Origin: an uncultured delta proteobacterium
GTDB lineage: Bacteria; Myxococcota_A; Polyangia; Polyangiales; Houyiibacteriaceae
DNA: 64,000 bases
Direction: 5' to 3'
Assembly: GCA_963699755.1 (NCBI GenBank)
Contig: CAVOVB010000003.1
Span: forward strand, 640,001 to 704,000
Shown here: positions 1-10,126 of the stretch, piece by piece
How the letters are laid out: every line of letters starts with the position of its first letter
How positions within the stretch are numbered: the stretch's first letter is position 1
Made by a program: the position numbers and the translations under genes
Notes under the pieces: generated by a model
Seen by the model: the letters and a program-made list of their open reading frames with translations, nothing else
Database searches by the model: none
What the model was told of the DNA's origin: nothing

Positions 1-1870
1 CGGCGGGCAGACGGGCTTCGTGGCGCGGCTAGAGCCCATTGATGGGCCGGCGGAGAGCGAAGGTTATCGCGAGCTGAAGCTGGTCTGGTTTCGCTCCATT
101 CCCGGGCTCGGGCGGCGCTTTGCCGAAGGAGAGAGGGTTCGCGTCGCGGGCAAGGTCCACGACTATCGCGGCACCGCGACCATGGCGCACCCCGAGTCGC
201 TTGCGGCGGAGACGCCGGGCGCCGTCGAGCCTCGCTATCCGGAGATTCCAGGTGTCCGCCGCAAGCAGCTCCGGCGTGCGGTCCGAGCGGCGGTCGACCG
301 CGCGGCAGCCCAGGTTCCCGATCTGATCCCGGCAGCCCTGCGCGCCGAGCTCGGGGTCTCCACCGTAGGCGCGGCCCTTCGCGAAATGCACATTCCCGAT
401 CCTGCCACCTTCGATGCGGGGCACGAAACGGCGAGCCTGGCACAGCGACGGCTCGCGCTCGAGGAGCTCGTGCTCTGGGAGCTTGCCCTTCGGTTGAGGC
501 GAGCCTCGGAGCAGGGCGGCATCGCGCAGAAATTCGAGATCGAGCCCGCGGTCTCGACGGCGTCTGCCGCGTTTCCTTTCCGCCTCACGGACGCGCAACG
601 GTCGGCGGTCGCGGAGGTGAGTCAGGCGCTGCGGAGCGAAACGCCCATGCGACGCCTGCTTCAAGGCGACGTTGGATGCGGTAAGACGGCCGTGGCGATG
701 GTCGCCTGCGCACAGGTCCATGCAGGCGGCGCGCAAGCGGTGTTTTTGGCGCCGACCGAGCTCTTGGCCGACCAGCACGCGGAGACCTTGAAGCCGACCG
801 CCGACAAGCTCGGCCTTCGCCTCGGGGTCCTCACAGGCGCGCTCAGCAAGGATGAGCGACGCTCGATGCTCGACCGCTTGGCTACGGGCGCCGTCGACCT
901 GGTCGTCGGAACACACGCGCTCCTGAGCGGAGAGGTCCGATTTGCGAACCTCGGCCTGGTCATCGTCGATGAGCAGCATCGCTTTGGCGTCGCTCAGCGG
1001 CTTCGTCTCGGCAACAGAGGCTCGGCTGGTCGGCCGCATCTGCTCGTCATGACCGCGACGCCAATCCCTCGAAGCCTCGCCTTGGTCCTCTATGCGGGCC
1101 TCGAGCTGACCAGCATCGAAGCGAAGCCACCGGGGCGTATCCCCGTCACGACCAGGATGCTCTCACGCTCGAAACGCGAAGCGGTGCTCCGTCAGATCGA
1201 GCGCGCGCTCGAAGCGGCGGGTAGGGCCTTTGTCGTCTGCCCCGCGATCTCGGCGTCGGACGATCTCGTCGGCGTCGACCGAACCGCCGCGGAAATGAAG
1301 GCGCGTTTCGGGGACGAGCGCGTCGGGCAAATCCACGGCCGTCTTTCGGGCGACGAGCGCCGCGACTTGATGCGCGCGTTTTCGGAAGGCGAGCTTCGGG
1401 TTTTGATTGGCACCACGGTGCTCGAGGTCGGCGTCGACGTGCCCGCGGCGAACATCATGGTGATCGAGCAAGCAGAACGCTTCGGGCTCGCGCAGCTCCA
1501 TCAACTTCGGGGCCGTGTGGGCAGGGCAGGTCAGCGGAGTGCCTGCCTGCTCACCTTCGCCGATCCCTTGTCCGAGGAAGCCGAGGCAAGGCTTCAAGCC
1601 CTTTGCGACACCGACGACGGCTTCGAGCTGGCGGAGCGCGACCTGGAGCTGAGAGGGCCGGGTCACCTTTTCGGATACCGGCAATCGGGGGCGAGCGGCC
1701 TCCAGTTTGCAAGCCTGGCCGAGGACCAGACGCTTCTCGAGTGCGCTGGCGATCTGGCCCAACGCATGATCGAGCGCGACCCCGACTTGTCGGCGCCCGA
1801 GCACGTCAACGCCCGTGCGGCCGTCGAGCGCTGGGAACGCAACGCCGCCGTGCGGGAAGACGCGGGCTAG
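1..1870 (+). CDS. recG: ATP-dependent DNA helicase RecG (5' end outside window)
   Basis: Motifs [56 protein letters not shown]; frame is open to the window edge. Confidence 0.96.
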   Translation, partial: GGQTGFVARLEPIDGPAESEGYRELKLVWFRSIPGLGRRFAEGERVRVAGKVHDYRGTATMAHPESLAAETPGAVEPRYPEIPGVRRKQLRRAVRAAVDRAAAQVPDLIPAALRAELGVSTVGAALREMHIPDPATFDAGHETASLAQRRLALEELVLWELALRLRRASEQGGIAQKFEIEPAVSTASAAFPFRLTDAQRSAVAEVSQALRSETPMRRLLQGDVGCGKTAVAMVACAQVHAGGAQAVFLAPTELLADQHAETLKPTADKLGLRLGVLTGALSKDERRSMLDRLATGAVDLVVGTHALLSGEVRFANLGLVIVDEQHRFGVAQRLRLGNRGSAGRPHLLVMTATPIPRSLALVLYAGLELTSIEAKPPGRIPVTTRMLSRSKREAVLRQIERALEAAGRAFVVCPAISASDDLVGVDRTAAEMKARFGDERVGQIHGRLSGDERRDLMRAFSEGELRVLIGTTVLEVGVDVPAANIMVIEQAERFGLAQLHQLRGRVGRAGQRSACLLTFADPLSEEAEARLQALCDTDDGFELAERDLELRGPGHLFGYRQSGASGLQFASLAEDQTLLECAGDLAQRMIERDPDLSAPEHVNARAAVERWERNAAVREDAG

Positions 1871-1940
1871 GGGCGAATCACGATTGCTTCCTTCGTGCCG
1901 GCTTCTTGACGCCTTGCGGGGACCCAGGTAGTTCCCACTT

Positions 1941-2669
1941 ATGCCCCTGGTTCATCACGCGCAGCGCGAAGTCACGCTCAAGGTCGTCTACTACGGCGTT
2001 GGGCTCGGGGGGAAAACCACCAACCTCGAAACCATCCATGCCCAGACCCGGCCGGAGCTGCGCGGCAAGCTCGTGACCGTCAACACCGAGGCCGAGAGGA
2101 CGCTCTTCCTCGATTTCCTGCCACTGCAGCTCGGCACCTTCCGCGGCTACAAGGTGCGCCTTCATTTGATCTCGGTCCCCGGGCAGATCGCCCAGGACTC
2201 GACGCGCCGAATGGTGCTCCGCAACGTCGACGGCGTCGTGCTCGTCATCGATAGCCAGGCAGGCGCAATCGAGGGCAACAACTACGCGATACGGAACCTC
2301 GACTACAACTTGCGACAGCAGGGCGTCGACCCGGACCGAATCCCGCTCGTCGTGCAGTACAACAAGCGCGATCTGCACGGCGTCCTCGATGTCGAAGAGC
2401 TCAGCGAACGACTCGGCGTACCCGAAGGCATTCCCGAGCTCGTCGCGAGCGCACGAGATGGCTGGGGCGTCTTCGAAACCGTGAAATCGATCGTCCGCAT
2501 CTGCATGCATGAGCTGGGCGACCCCAGCCTGCGAGACGACGGCCGCATCGAGTGCTTGCTCGAGGAGCCACGAAACCGTTTCTACCCGAGCGGCCCGGTC
2601 TCCATGATTCACGCTTTGGCGCCCGAGGAAGAGCTCGACCTCGAAGATCTTGAGATCATCAGCGGCTAG
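1941..2669 (+). CDS. MglA-family small Ras-like GTPase, orphan paralogue (SofG-like) with acidic C-terminal extension
   Basis: KVVYYGVGLGGKTTNL, RTLFLDFLP, VPGQ and YNKRDL match MglA motifs; about 45-aa extra tail; no adjacent mglB. Confidence 0.9.
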   Translation: MPLVHHAQREVTLKVVYYGVGLGGKTTNLETIHAQTRPELRGKLVTVNTEAERTLFLDFLPLQLGTFRGYKVRLHLISVPGQIAQDSTRRMVLRNVDGVVLVIDSQAGAIEGNNYAIRNLDYNLRQQGVDPDRIPLVVQYNKRDLHGVLDVEELSERLGVPEGIPELVASARDGWGVFETVKSIVRICMHELGDPSLRDDGRIECLLEEPRNRFYPSGPVSMIHALAPEEELDLEDLEIISG

Positions 2670-2672
2670 ACG

Positions 2673-3554
2673 ATGAAGGCGCCCGGCCCAGAGTCCGTCG
2701 CCAAGCGTGTTCAGACCGTTGCCCCGACCATCGAAATGCTCCCGGTGCGCACGCCGACCTTGCCGCCGGCGACGCACACCAACACATTCCTGATCGGCAC
2801 CGGTGAAGCGGTCCTGATCGAGCCCGCAACCCCTTATCGGGAAGAGCAAGACCTCATGGTCCAGTGGATCCAGTCGGCTCGAATCCGGGGCGTCGAGCCC
2901 GTCGCGATCCTCGCCACGCATCATCATCCAGACCACGTGGGGGGCGCCATGGCGCTTCGCGAACGCTTGCAGCTCCCGCTCTGGGCACACGCGATGACCG
3001 CGCGGCGCCTCGACGGCATCGTCGATATCGACCGATTGATCCAAGACGGGGAGCGAATCGAGCTCGACGGCCCGACACCCACGTCGCTCACTGCGCTCCA
3101 CACCCCGGGCCACGCGCCCGGCCACCTCTGCTTCACCGACGAGGCCAGCGAAATCATGGTCGCCGGCGACATGGTCGCCTCCATCGGCACCATCATCGTC
3201 GAACCGACCGACGGCGACATGCTCCTCTACCTGGAGTCGCTTCGAAAGATGTCGACCCTAGAGCCGGCGGGCTTGCTCCCCGCACACGGAACCCTGATCG
3301 AGCAGCCGCAGGCAGTTCTGAGCTTCTACATCGAACACCGCTTGATGCGAGAGCGCAAAGTCCTCGCAGCACTCGAAGCCCGCGGCAAGGCATCGCGGCC
3401 GAGACACCTGGTTGCAAGCGCCTACGCGGACACGCCCAAGGCTCTGTGGCCGCTGGCTCTACTGTCCATCGAAGCGCACTTGATCAAGCTCGATCGCGAG
3501 GGGCGCGTCTGGAAAGAAGGCGACCGCTGGGCGCCAATTCCCGCCCCTGGCTGA
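2673..3554 (+). CDS. MBL-fold metallo-hydrolase (LACTB2-like)
   Basis: THHHPDHVGG, TPGHAPGH, GD and PAHG motifs; C-terminal winged-helix-like segment. Confidence 0.88.
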   Translation: MKAPGPESVAKRVQTVAPTIEMLPVRTPTLPPATHTNTFLIGTGEAVLIEPATPYREEQDLMVQWIQSARIRGVEPVAILATHHHPDHVGGAMALRERLQLPLWAHAMTARRLDGIVDIDRLIQDGERIELDGPTPTSLTALHTPGHAPGHLCFTDEASEIMVAGDMVASIGTIIVEPTDGDMLLYLESLRKMSTLEPAGLLPAHGTLIEQPQAVLSFYIEHRLMRERKVLAALEARGKASRPRHLVASAYADTPKALWPLALLSIEAHLIKLDREGRVWKEGDRWAPIPAPG

Positions 3555-3656
3555 CGCTCGAACTAGCGCTGACACAGCCTCCCTGTCACGACTGCCCCCA
3601 AGCCACCGCGGCAGCTGCCCCTAGCCATGACGCAATCCCTTCGTTACAACCCCCGC

Positions 3657-4142
3657 ATGCCGCGCTTCCGATTCGAGCACCCCCAGAACGTCGACACGGT
3701 CTTCAACCTCATCACCAGCCCCGACGAGCTCACACGCCGATGTCAGGCGCTTGGTGAGCGCAACGTGAAGGTTGAAGCGAGTGAAAGCGGCGGCGTCACC
3801 AAGACCCAAATCGTCCGTGAGGTCGAGCAAGAGCTTCCCGGGTTTGCCAAGAAGCTCTTCAAGCCGAAGAACACCCTGGTCGAGCGAGAGGAATGGCGCT
3901 GCGTCGACGGCGGCTACGAAGCCAAAGGGCAGCTCAAGATCGTCGGCACCGGCGCCACCATCGACTCGACCATTCGGCTCTCCGCAAGCGGCGCAGGTTG
4001 CATCTACGAGATCGACTTCCAGGTCACCGCAAAGGCGCCGCTCATTCGCCGCAAGCTCGAATCGTTCATCGGCGACACGGCGCTCCAAAGCCTCCGCGAC
4101 CAGCATGCGCATTACGCGCGGAGGCTCGGGGAATCGGGATAG
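3657..4142 (+). CDS. DUF2505/SRPBCC-like protein
   Basis: Size and beta-rich pattern ending APLIRRKLESFIG; start at ATG 3657 chosen (TACAAC 6 nt upstream). Confidence 0.65.
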   Translation: MPRFRFEHPQNVDTVFNLITSPDELTRRCQALGERNVKVEASESGGVTKTQIVREVEQELPGFAKKLFKPKNTLVEREEWRCVDGGYEAKGQLKIVGTGATIDSTIRLSASGAGCIYEIDFQVTAKAPLIRRKLESFIGDTALQSLRDQHAHYARRLGESG

Positions 4143-4225
4143 AGCGAATTGTCATGGCGGTGCGGGTGACGCTGTCGCTCGCATTGACGCTGACGCTGGC
4201 TCCGGCGCTGCCGTTCCGCCATCGA

Positions 4226-4552
4226 CCCCGCATCGAACACGACGAGTTCGTCATGGGGCACATGGGCGCGTTGCAGAAGGCACGAAACATCCGACGCGAC
4301 CCTCGCGTCAGCCTCTCCTGCCTCGGTCAGCAAACGAACGAGATGGGCTTGCTAACGCACGTCGTCGCCTACGGAGAAGCCCGCGTGACCGAAGGAGGAG
4401 CCGCCGACCTCCTGCGACGCCCCGCACAGATCTCCATGGGACCCCACCTCGTCTTCCGACCCGAGCCCTACCGGAGCAACCCTGGGTACATCACGCGCAT
4501 CCATCCGATGCGATGTGGAGGCGTGGGCCCTTGGAGTGAGGCACAAAGCTAG
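4226..4552 (+). pseudogene. 5'-truncated PPOX-class F420-dependent oxidoreductase remnant
   Basis: KARNIRRDPRVSLS...YGEARVTEGGAADLL...GGVGPW is the C-terminal part of the family; the N-terminal part is replaced by a low-complexity hexamer tract. Confidence 0.6.
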
Positions 4553-4639
4553 GCACACGGCCCTGGGTCGCGACTTCCTTGAGGAGTACATGGCAAACCC
4601 ACGTCGCAGATCGAGAGCAACGGTCGGCGGTTCGTTCGC

Positions 4640-5596
4640 TCACCCCATCGAATTCAACGACCAATCGTACCGATGGTAATCAAACGTATACCCAGCCTCG
4701 AACGCGGCTTCCAAGGTCGCCCGATGCTCCCCCCGCGCATGGTTCAACAAGAAGAACCGCACGCCTTCAAGCCGTCCGAAGTCGCTCTGATAGTACCGAA
4801 ACGTGATCGGCATGCGCACCACACGCGCTTCATTATCGACCTCGACGTCCGCGGCCACGTAGTTGAGAGTCGCTCGCTCCAGCTGATCATCGAGCTTGGA
4901 TGCATCGTAAAACGCGACGGGCGGGCAGCTCGTCGATGCGCAAACCAGCGCTGCATGAATCCGCGGGTCCACCTGGGAAGGACACAAAGACAGCCTCGGG
5001 TCGTCGAGGTCGAAGAGGCGCGAGCCCCGCGCGGGGTGAGGCGCGTTGCGGCGCAGCACGCCGTTTTCGATTTCGTCGAGGGTCAGCACGAAGTCACCGA
5101 CCCGATACGCCACCACCCCAAAAAACGAAGGAATCTCCATGACCGACTTGCGGATTCCCAAGGCCAGCACACCGTGAATCGCCAGCACGTTGTACAGGTT
5201 GATCCAAAACGCGATCCGCATCGCGTCATCGACGATGTCGTTCGGGTCGATGGCTTGCAGCAGCCCACTGGTCGCCTTCATCTCGGCAAAGGTCGGCGAG
5301 CTTTCGAGTGTTCTGTAGTCGACCTGCCCCTGCTCATCGAGCGCCTCGACCTTCAACTGATTCCGCATCTTGCGCAGCCGTTCGGCCACTTCGGTCGGAG
5401 AACCCGTTGCCCGAGGCGTCGGCGCATCATCGTTGAGCACCCTTCGCCGCAGCCACGGATTGGGCACAAAGGCCCTGGCGAGCTCTGCTGGATTGCGGGC
5501 GTGCTTCAGCATGTCGCCAGCGTCGCGAAGATTTCGGAACCAAGAGTCGCCCATCTCCCGGAGGGTACGGCCCGGAAAGGGGTTCGTCACTCTCAC
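4640..5596 (-). CDS. DUF547 domain-containing protein
   Basis: VDY, AFWINLYN, TLDEIENGVLR, DPRIHAALVCASTSCPP, YDWSLN; start approximate (GTG 5596 or ATG 5554). Confidence 0.88.
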   Translation of the reverse strand: MRVTNPFPGRTLREMGDSWFRNLRDAGDMLKHARNPAELARAFVPNPWLRRRVLNDDAPTPRATGSPTEVAERLRKMRNQLKVEALDEQGQVDYRTLESSPTFAEMKATSGLLQAIDPNDIVDDAMRIAFWINLYNVLAIHGVLALGIRKSVMEIPSFFGVVAYRVGDFVLTLDEIENGVLRRNAPHPARGSRLFDLDDPRLSLCPSQVDPRIHAALVCASTSCPPVAFYDASKLDDQLERATLNYVAADVEVDNEARVVRMPITFRYYQSDFGRLEGVRFFLLNHARGEHRATLEAAFEAGYTFDYHRYDWSLNSMG

Positions 5597-5621
5597 ATCG
5601 AGCCCCGCGTGACGGGCAGCG

Positions 5622-7658
5622 TCAGTCTTGCACCGAACCCGGAAGCTGAACGACGACGCCGGGCGAGGTTTCGAGCGGCCGCACCGTGATCGGGTCGCTG
5701 CTGAAATTCTCGCCCGCGTCGGGGTGCCGGGCCGTAATCCAAACCGAACCTGCGGGGACCCCCCGCAGCCGAAATACGCCGCGAGCGTCGCTGAGTGCTG
5801 CTCGGTCCCATCGTGGTGGGTCGCCCCAGGTGACCTCTGCGCCCGGCACCCGGTCGCTGACTGCGTCCAACACCTGGCCCTCGATCGAGCCACCGGGTTT
5901 CAGGCGAACCCGGTCGAGCTCCTGCGGCTGGTCGACGTAACGCGGCGGCTCGAGCACCACACGCTGCGTTTGCGTTTCGTACTCGGGATGAGAGAACGAC
6001 ACCTCGTAGGTCCCGGTCGGCGCACGCCGAATCACGAAGCTGCCGTCGCTTCGGGTCGTGGTCTCGTGCTTTACAGGCCCGTCGAGCCCAACCCGAACGT
6101 CCGGAAGTCCGTCGCCGGTCCAGTCATCCACCACCTCGCCGAGGAGCGTCACCCCGGCCGTCATCACGACTCGAACTTCGTCGATGCTCTCGACAAGGGC
6201 AATCCGTGCAGAGCTAAACGCCGGATGCTCGGCGCCGAGCTCGAACGGTGGCTCGGGGAGGGCCGGCACCGAAAACGTTCCATCGGCATCGGATTTCGCG
6301 GTCCGTTGAATCGGAGTCGCTGGGCTCTTCGAGGTGACGGTCAAAATCGCGCCGCCCACGCCCAAGCCGCGCTCGTCGACCACGCGCCCACGCAGCGTAT
6401 AGAGCGTGCTCGCCAATGCCAGCTCGACGGTGACCAGCGCGTCCTCGCCGATCTCCACGGTTTCACGCGCGGGTGGAAGATCATACGGGAGGGCGGTGAC
6501 GGTGACTTCGTCCCGAACGCCTCGAAACGAGAACCAGCCGTCGGTCGCCGTCACCGAGATTCGGGGAATGCGCTCGCTGTCGCCTTGAAGCTCGACTGGG
6601 ATTCCCTCGAGCCCGTCTCCCCGCTCGTCCACGACCCGGCCCGAGAGCTCTGCCCCCGGTCGCATCACGAGCTCGAGCTCCGAGCGCGCGGCTCCGGCCT
6701 TCAGCTGGAGCCTTGCGGATTCCGCTGGTGCGAAGTCGTCGTGGCTTGCAACGATTCGGTACGGTCCAGGCTGGAGATTGCTCAGACGAAAACGACCGTC
6801 GGCGCCGGTCTCAGTCTGCCGGAGGAATGCAAGCGCTCCGCCAACACCAGCCGAGATCGGCGGCACAGGTCCCGAAGTCACCCCCAGTGAGTCACCGGCG
6901 CTTAGACCCGCGCCGGGCCGCTGTCCCTCCCCGAAGGCTCGCACCGTAGCCGCCTCCACGGGGAAACCCCGCTCATCGACGACCCGACCAGCAATCGTCG
7001 ATCCGCGCACGAGGCGAACCGTCATCGACGGATCAGACGCGCCGTGCCGCAAGGGACCAGCCGCGACGTATCCTTCCGCCTCGACGTACAAGCTCTGCTC
7101 GTCGCCGACGACCCCATCGAGCTCAAATCGCCCGCGCGCATCGCTTCGCGTGCGCCGAGTGTGCAGCCCGACCATCCCCGAGGCCAAGGTGATTTCGGCG
7201 CCTAGGATGGCCCGACCCGTTTGCGCGTCGATGACCTGACCCGCGACCATCCAGCCTGGCGCCAGCTGCACTCCGAAGGCCCGTCTTGTGCCCGCATCAA
7301 GGATTAGCCCTTCGACGGGCGGTGCGACGAGCGCCCCCTTGGAGACCCGGAGCTCGTAGATCCCCGCAGGGATATCAGGCCAATGAAACCGCCCATCGGC
7401 GCCGCTTCGAACCGAGCGCGCCGGCCAAAAGCCGCTACCGGCGAGCGACACCAGCGCCCCTTCGAGTGGAGCCCCGCGCTCGTCGAAGATTCGCCCCGAC
7501 ACAGTCGCCGATCCCAGGTCGAGCCCCGAGGACGAGCGGGCCCCGGGGCGGACGCCGTTCGGCGCAGCTGAGGCGATCTCCCTTTTTGGCCCGTAGGTGC
7601 CTGGAATTACGAAAGTCCCGAGCACCAAGAGCCCGGTGATCGCGCCCGCCACTCGCAT
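5622..7658 (-). CDS. Carboxypeptidase-regulatory-like (transthyretin-fold) repeat protein, exported or membrane-anchored
   Basis: Repeated GRVVDERG.P..GA.V and ADGRF units; N-terminal hydrophobic segment. Confidence 0.85.
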   Translation of the reverse strand: MRVAGAITGLLVLGTFVIPGTYGPKREIASAAPNGVRPGARSSSGLDLGSATVSGRIFDERGAPLEGALVSLAGSGFWPARSVRSGADGRFHWPDIPAGIYELRVSKGALVAPPVEGLILDAGTRRAFGVQLAPGWMVAGQVIDAQTGRAILGAEITLASGMVGLHTRRTRSDARGRFELDGVVGDEQSLYVEAEGYVAAGPLRHGASDPSMTVRLVRGSTIAGRVVDERGFPVEAATVRAFGEGQRPGAGLSAGDSLGVTSGPVPPISAGVGGALAFLRQTETGADGRFRLSNLQPGPYRIVASHDDFAPAESARLQLKAGAARSELELVMRPGAELSGRVVDERGDGLEGIPVELQGDSERIPRISVTATDGWFSFRGVRDEVTVTALPYDLPPARETVEIGEDALVTVELALASTLYTLRGRVVDERGLGVGGAILTVTSKSPATPIQRTAKSDADGTFSVPALPEPPFELGAEHPAFSSARIALVESIDEVRVVMTAGVTLLGEVVDDWTGDGLPDVRVGLDGPVKHETTTRSDGSFVIRRAPTGTYEVSFSHPEYETQTQRVVLEPPRYVDQPQELDRVRLKPGGSIEGQVLDAVSDRVPGAEVTWGDPPRWDRAALSDARGVFRLRGVPAGSVWITARHPDAGENFSSDPITVRPLETSPGVVVQLPGSVQD

Positions 7659-7763
7659 TCAGCTTGGTTCTATCTTCGATCGGTCCTCGGGGCGAGGCCG
7701 CATTCTTGCGACCCCCCAAGACCGGTGCTAGACCGCGGCTCCCTGAGAACTCGGACACCGGCC

Positions 7764-7955
7764 ATGGCACAGACATGTGATTTCTGCGGTAAGAACCGCC
7801 ACAAAGCTCACAAGGTGAGTCACTCGAACATCAAGACGAGGAAGTGGCAGCAGCCCAATCTGCAGTCGATTCGGGCGATCGTCGACGGCGAAATCCGCCG
7901 TGTATCGGCCTGCACGCGCTGCATTCGCTCGGGTAAGGTTGTCAAGGCTGCCTAG
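7764..7955 (+). CDS. rpmB: 50S ribosomal protein L28 (Zn-ribbon, two CxxC)
   Basis: CDFCGK...VSHSNIKTRK...PNLQ...CTRCIRSGKV, 63 aa. Confidence 0.96.
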   Translation: MAQTCDFCGKNRHKAHKVSHSNIKTRKWQQPNLQSIRAIVDGEIRRVSACTRCIRSGKVVKAA

Positions 7956-8967
7956 GCGTTCAACTAGGCGACCACGGGCTCCGCTCCCGCCGGGTTGCGA
8001 TCCGGCTTCGATCATTCTGACGTTTCCCGTCGCGCCCGAGCATTCGGGCCAGCGCCTCGATCGCTTCGTCCAGCATCGAATCCCGCGGCTCTCGCGCACG
8101 CGTGCCCAAGAGGTAGTGCGCTCGTGCGCTTATCGCGCCGATGGCACGCGCCGCCGCGCAAGTGAGCGGGTACGCACCGGCGAGCTCGTCGTCCTCGTCA
8201 GACCTCCGTTCGATGAGCCCAACGTCCCCCTCTACTTCGACGTGCTCTACGAAGACGAGGCCATTGTCGCGGTCGACAAGCCGGCGGGCCTGCCGGTGCA
8301 TCCGTCGGCCACTTATCACAAGCACACGCTGACCTCGCTCCTCAAGGAACGCTTCGGTGAGGGCGCTCCACAGATCGCGCATCGCCTCGATCGCGAAACC
8401 AGCGGGCTCCTGGTTTGCGGGCGCACCCGAGCTTCCGAGCGACGGCTCAAAATCGCCTTTGAGAATCGCCGTGTTCGCAAACGCTACCTCGCGATCGTGC
8501 GCGGAGTCATCCCCGACGACCACGGCCGGATCGAGCTTCCGATGGACCGTGCCAAGGAGGGGCTGCACATGCTGATGGAGGTCACGCCCAAAGGAGAGGG
8601 CTATCCCTCGGTCACGCGGTACCGAGTCGTGGCCCGCCGGGACGACGCCACCCTGGTTTCGCTAGCGCCTCAGAGCGGCAGACAGCACCAGCTCCGCGTG
8701 CACCTGAGCGCGATCGGTTTTCCGATCATCGGCGACAAGCTCTACGGCCCCGAAGGCTCGCAACCCTTCCTCGACTACATCGAAACCGGCATGACCGATG
8801 CGCTCCTCGGGCGGCTCGGGCACCATCGCCAGGCTCTCCACGCCTACGCGCTCGAGCTCAGCCATCCGAGCACCGGCGAACCAACCACCCTCAAAGCACC
8901 GTTCCCAGAGGACTTGGTCAGGCTATGGGGAGCGCCCCTCGGGGAGTCGGCGTTCGCGTCGGCGTAG
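7939..8967 (+). CDS. RluA/RluD-family pseudouridine synthase with S4 domain
   Basis: RLDRFV S4 motif, VDKPAGLPVHP, HRLDRETSG, GRQHQLRVH, PIIGDKLYG; start uncertain (TTG 7939 overlaps rpmB). Confidence 0.9.
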   Translation: MSRLPRRSTRRPRAPLPPGCDPASIILTFPVAPEHSGQRLDRFVQHRIPRLSRTRAQEVVRSCAYRADGTRRRASERVRTGELVVLVRPPFDEPNVPLYFDVLYEDEAIVAVDKPAGLPVHPSATYHKHTLTSLLKERFGEGAPQIAHRLDRETSGLLVCGRTRASERRLKIAFENRRVRKRYLAIVRGVIPDDHGRIELPMDRAKEGLHMLMEVTPKGEGYPSVTRYRVVARRDDATLVSLAPQSGRQHQLRVHLSAIGFPIIGDKLYGPEGSQPFLDYIETGMTDALLGRLGHHRQALHAYALELSHPSTGEPTTLKAPFPEDLVRLWGAPLGESAFASA

Positions 8968-8986
8968 GCATGCTAGGCTCGGCCTC

Positions 8987-9532
8987 GTGCGTGCGCTGAT
9001 CGAGGCCGTCGCTTGCTTGGGGATTGGATGTGCCGGGGCGTCTTCCAACATGCCCGCTCCTGACTTCCGTCCTTCGGACGCGCCGCTGTTCGACCACGCG
9101 GTCGATCTCGTCGAAACGCCCGCCATCGTCCGAGGCGAGTGGGGCGGCGCTTTTGAACAGCGCGCGAGTCGCGCAGACCTGATCGCGGTCGTGCGGGTGA
9201 GCTCGCTTTCCGCGGACTTCATCAGCCGGCGGTCCGCCTATCGCCTGACCCTCAAAGTCAAGGATCGACTCAAGGGGACCGCCTCGAAGGAGCTCGTCCT
9301 GCGCGTGGGGGACGACGAGCCGGGCTACGAGAGTGTCCTGGTGAACGAGGACCGGCTGCTGCACAATCCATTCGTCGTCTTCATCAAATGGGCGGCCGAC
9401 CCGGAGTCGGGCGAGCTCATCGCGCACTGGCATCTCTCACCCGATTCAGATGGAGTCCGCGAGAAGATTGACTACGTCCTCGCTCACCCGATGAAAGATG
9501 CTCGCACTGCGGTCGAGGTCGTCGAGCAATAG
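8987..9532 (+). CDS. Hypothetical lipoprotein
   Basis: Lipobox-like LGIGC; coding-like codon usage; position within the operon. Confidence 0.65.
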   Translation: MRALIEAVACLGIGCAGASSNMPAPDFRPSDAPLFDHAVDLVETPAIVRGEWGGAFEQRASRADLIAVVRVSSLSADFISRRSAYRLTLKVKDRLKGTASKELVLRVGDDEPGYESVLVNEDRLLHNPFVVFIKWAADPESGELIAHWHLSPDSDGVREKIDYVLAHPMKDARTAVEVVEQ

Positions 9533-9582
9533 CTTGGAGCTCGACGTAACCTCGACCTGCGTCGTAGACTAAGCACGGAGTG

Positions 9583-10125
9583 ATGCACATGAGTATGAGG
9601 TCCCCAATTTCGATTCTCGCCTTGTTCGCTGCCCTCGTCGCTTGCGAGCGCGGTGCGCCGGCTCCCAAGGCCGCCGAGCACGATCATTCCCAGCACGACC
9701 ACTCCCAACACCAGGCAGCTGCCGAGCCCGCCGCCGGTCGCGAGAAGCCGGACGAACCCGCTGGCCCCAAGATCGAGACTGGCTCCTTCCTCTTGGCGGT
9801 CGCTCCGTCGGGGGGGGGCTACCGGATCGGCAAGGCAGGCGAGGTCGAGATCGCGCTCGAGAGCCGGGGCCAATGGCACGTCAACCAGGAGTACCCGATC
9901 CGGGTCGACCTGGAGGCCGCCCCAGGCGTCACGCTCACGAAGAACGAGCTCGTCAAAGACGACGCAAAGGAGTTTGGCGAGCAAAAGGTCCGCTTCCTCG
10001 CCGCGGTGGAGCCCTCGGCTGCAGGCGAGCACGAGCTGACCTGCGATGTTTCCTTTGCCATGTGCACCGAAGAAAACTGTATCCTCGAGAGGCGAACGGT
10101 GGCGATGCAACTCAAGGTGGAGTGA
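9583..10125 (+). CDS. Lipoprotein with His-rich linker and DsbD-N/DsbC-like Ig domain
   Basis: LVAC lipobox, HDHSQHDHSQHQ, WHVN..YP, C-terminal CTEENC. Confidence 0.6.
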   Translation: MHMSMRSPISILALFAALVACERGAPAPKAAEHDHSQHDHSQHQAAAEPAAGREKPDEPAGPKIETGSFLLAVAPSGGGYRIGKAGEVEIALESRGQWHVNQEYPIRVDLEAAPGVTLTKNELVKDDAKEFGEQKVRFLAAVEPSAAGEHELTCDVSFAMCTEENCILERRTVAMQLKVE

Positions 10126-10126
10126 G

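Noticed and set aside
7900..7955. RluA-family ORF overlapping rpmB as a programmed frameshift
   Set aside because: A TTG at 7939 gives an ordinary short overlap; no slippery sequence seen
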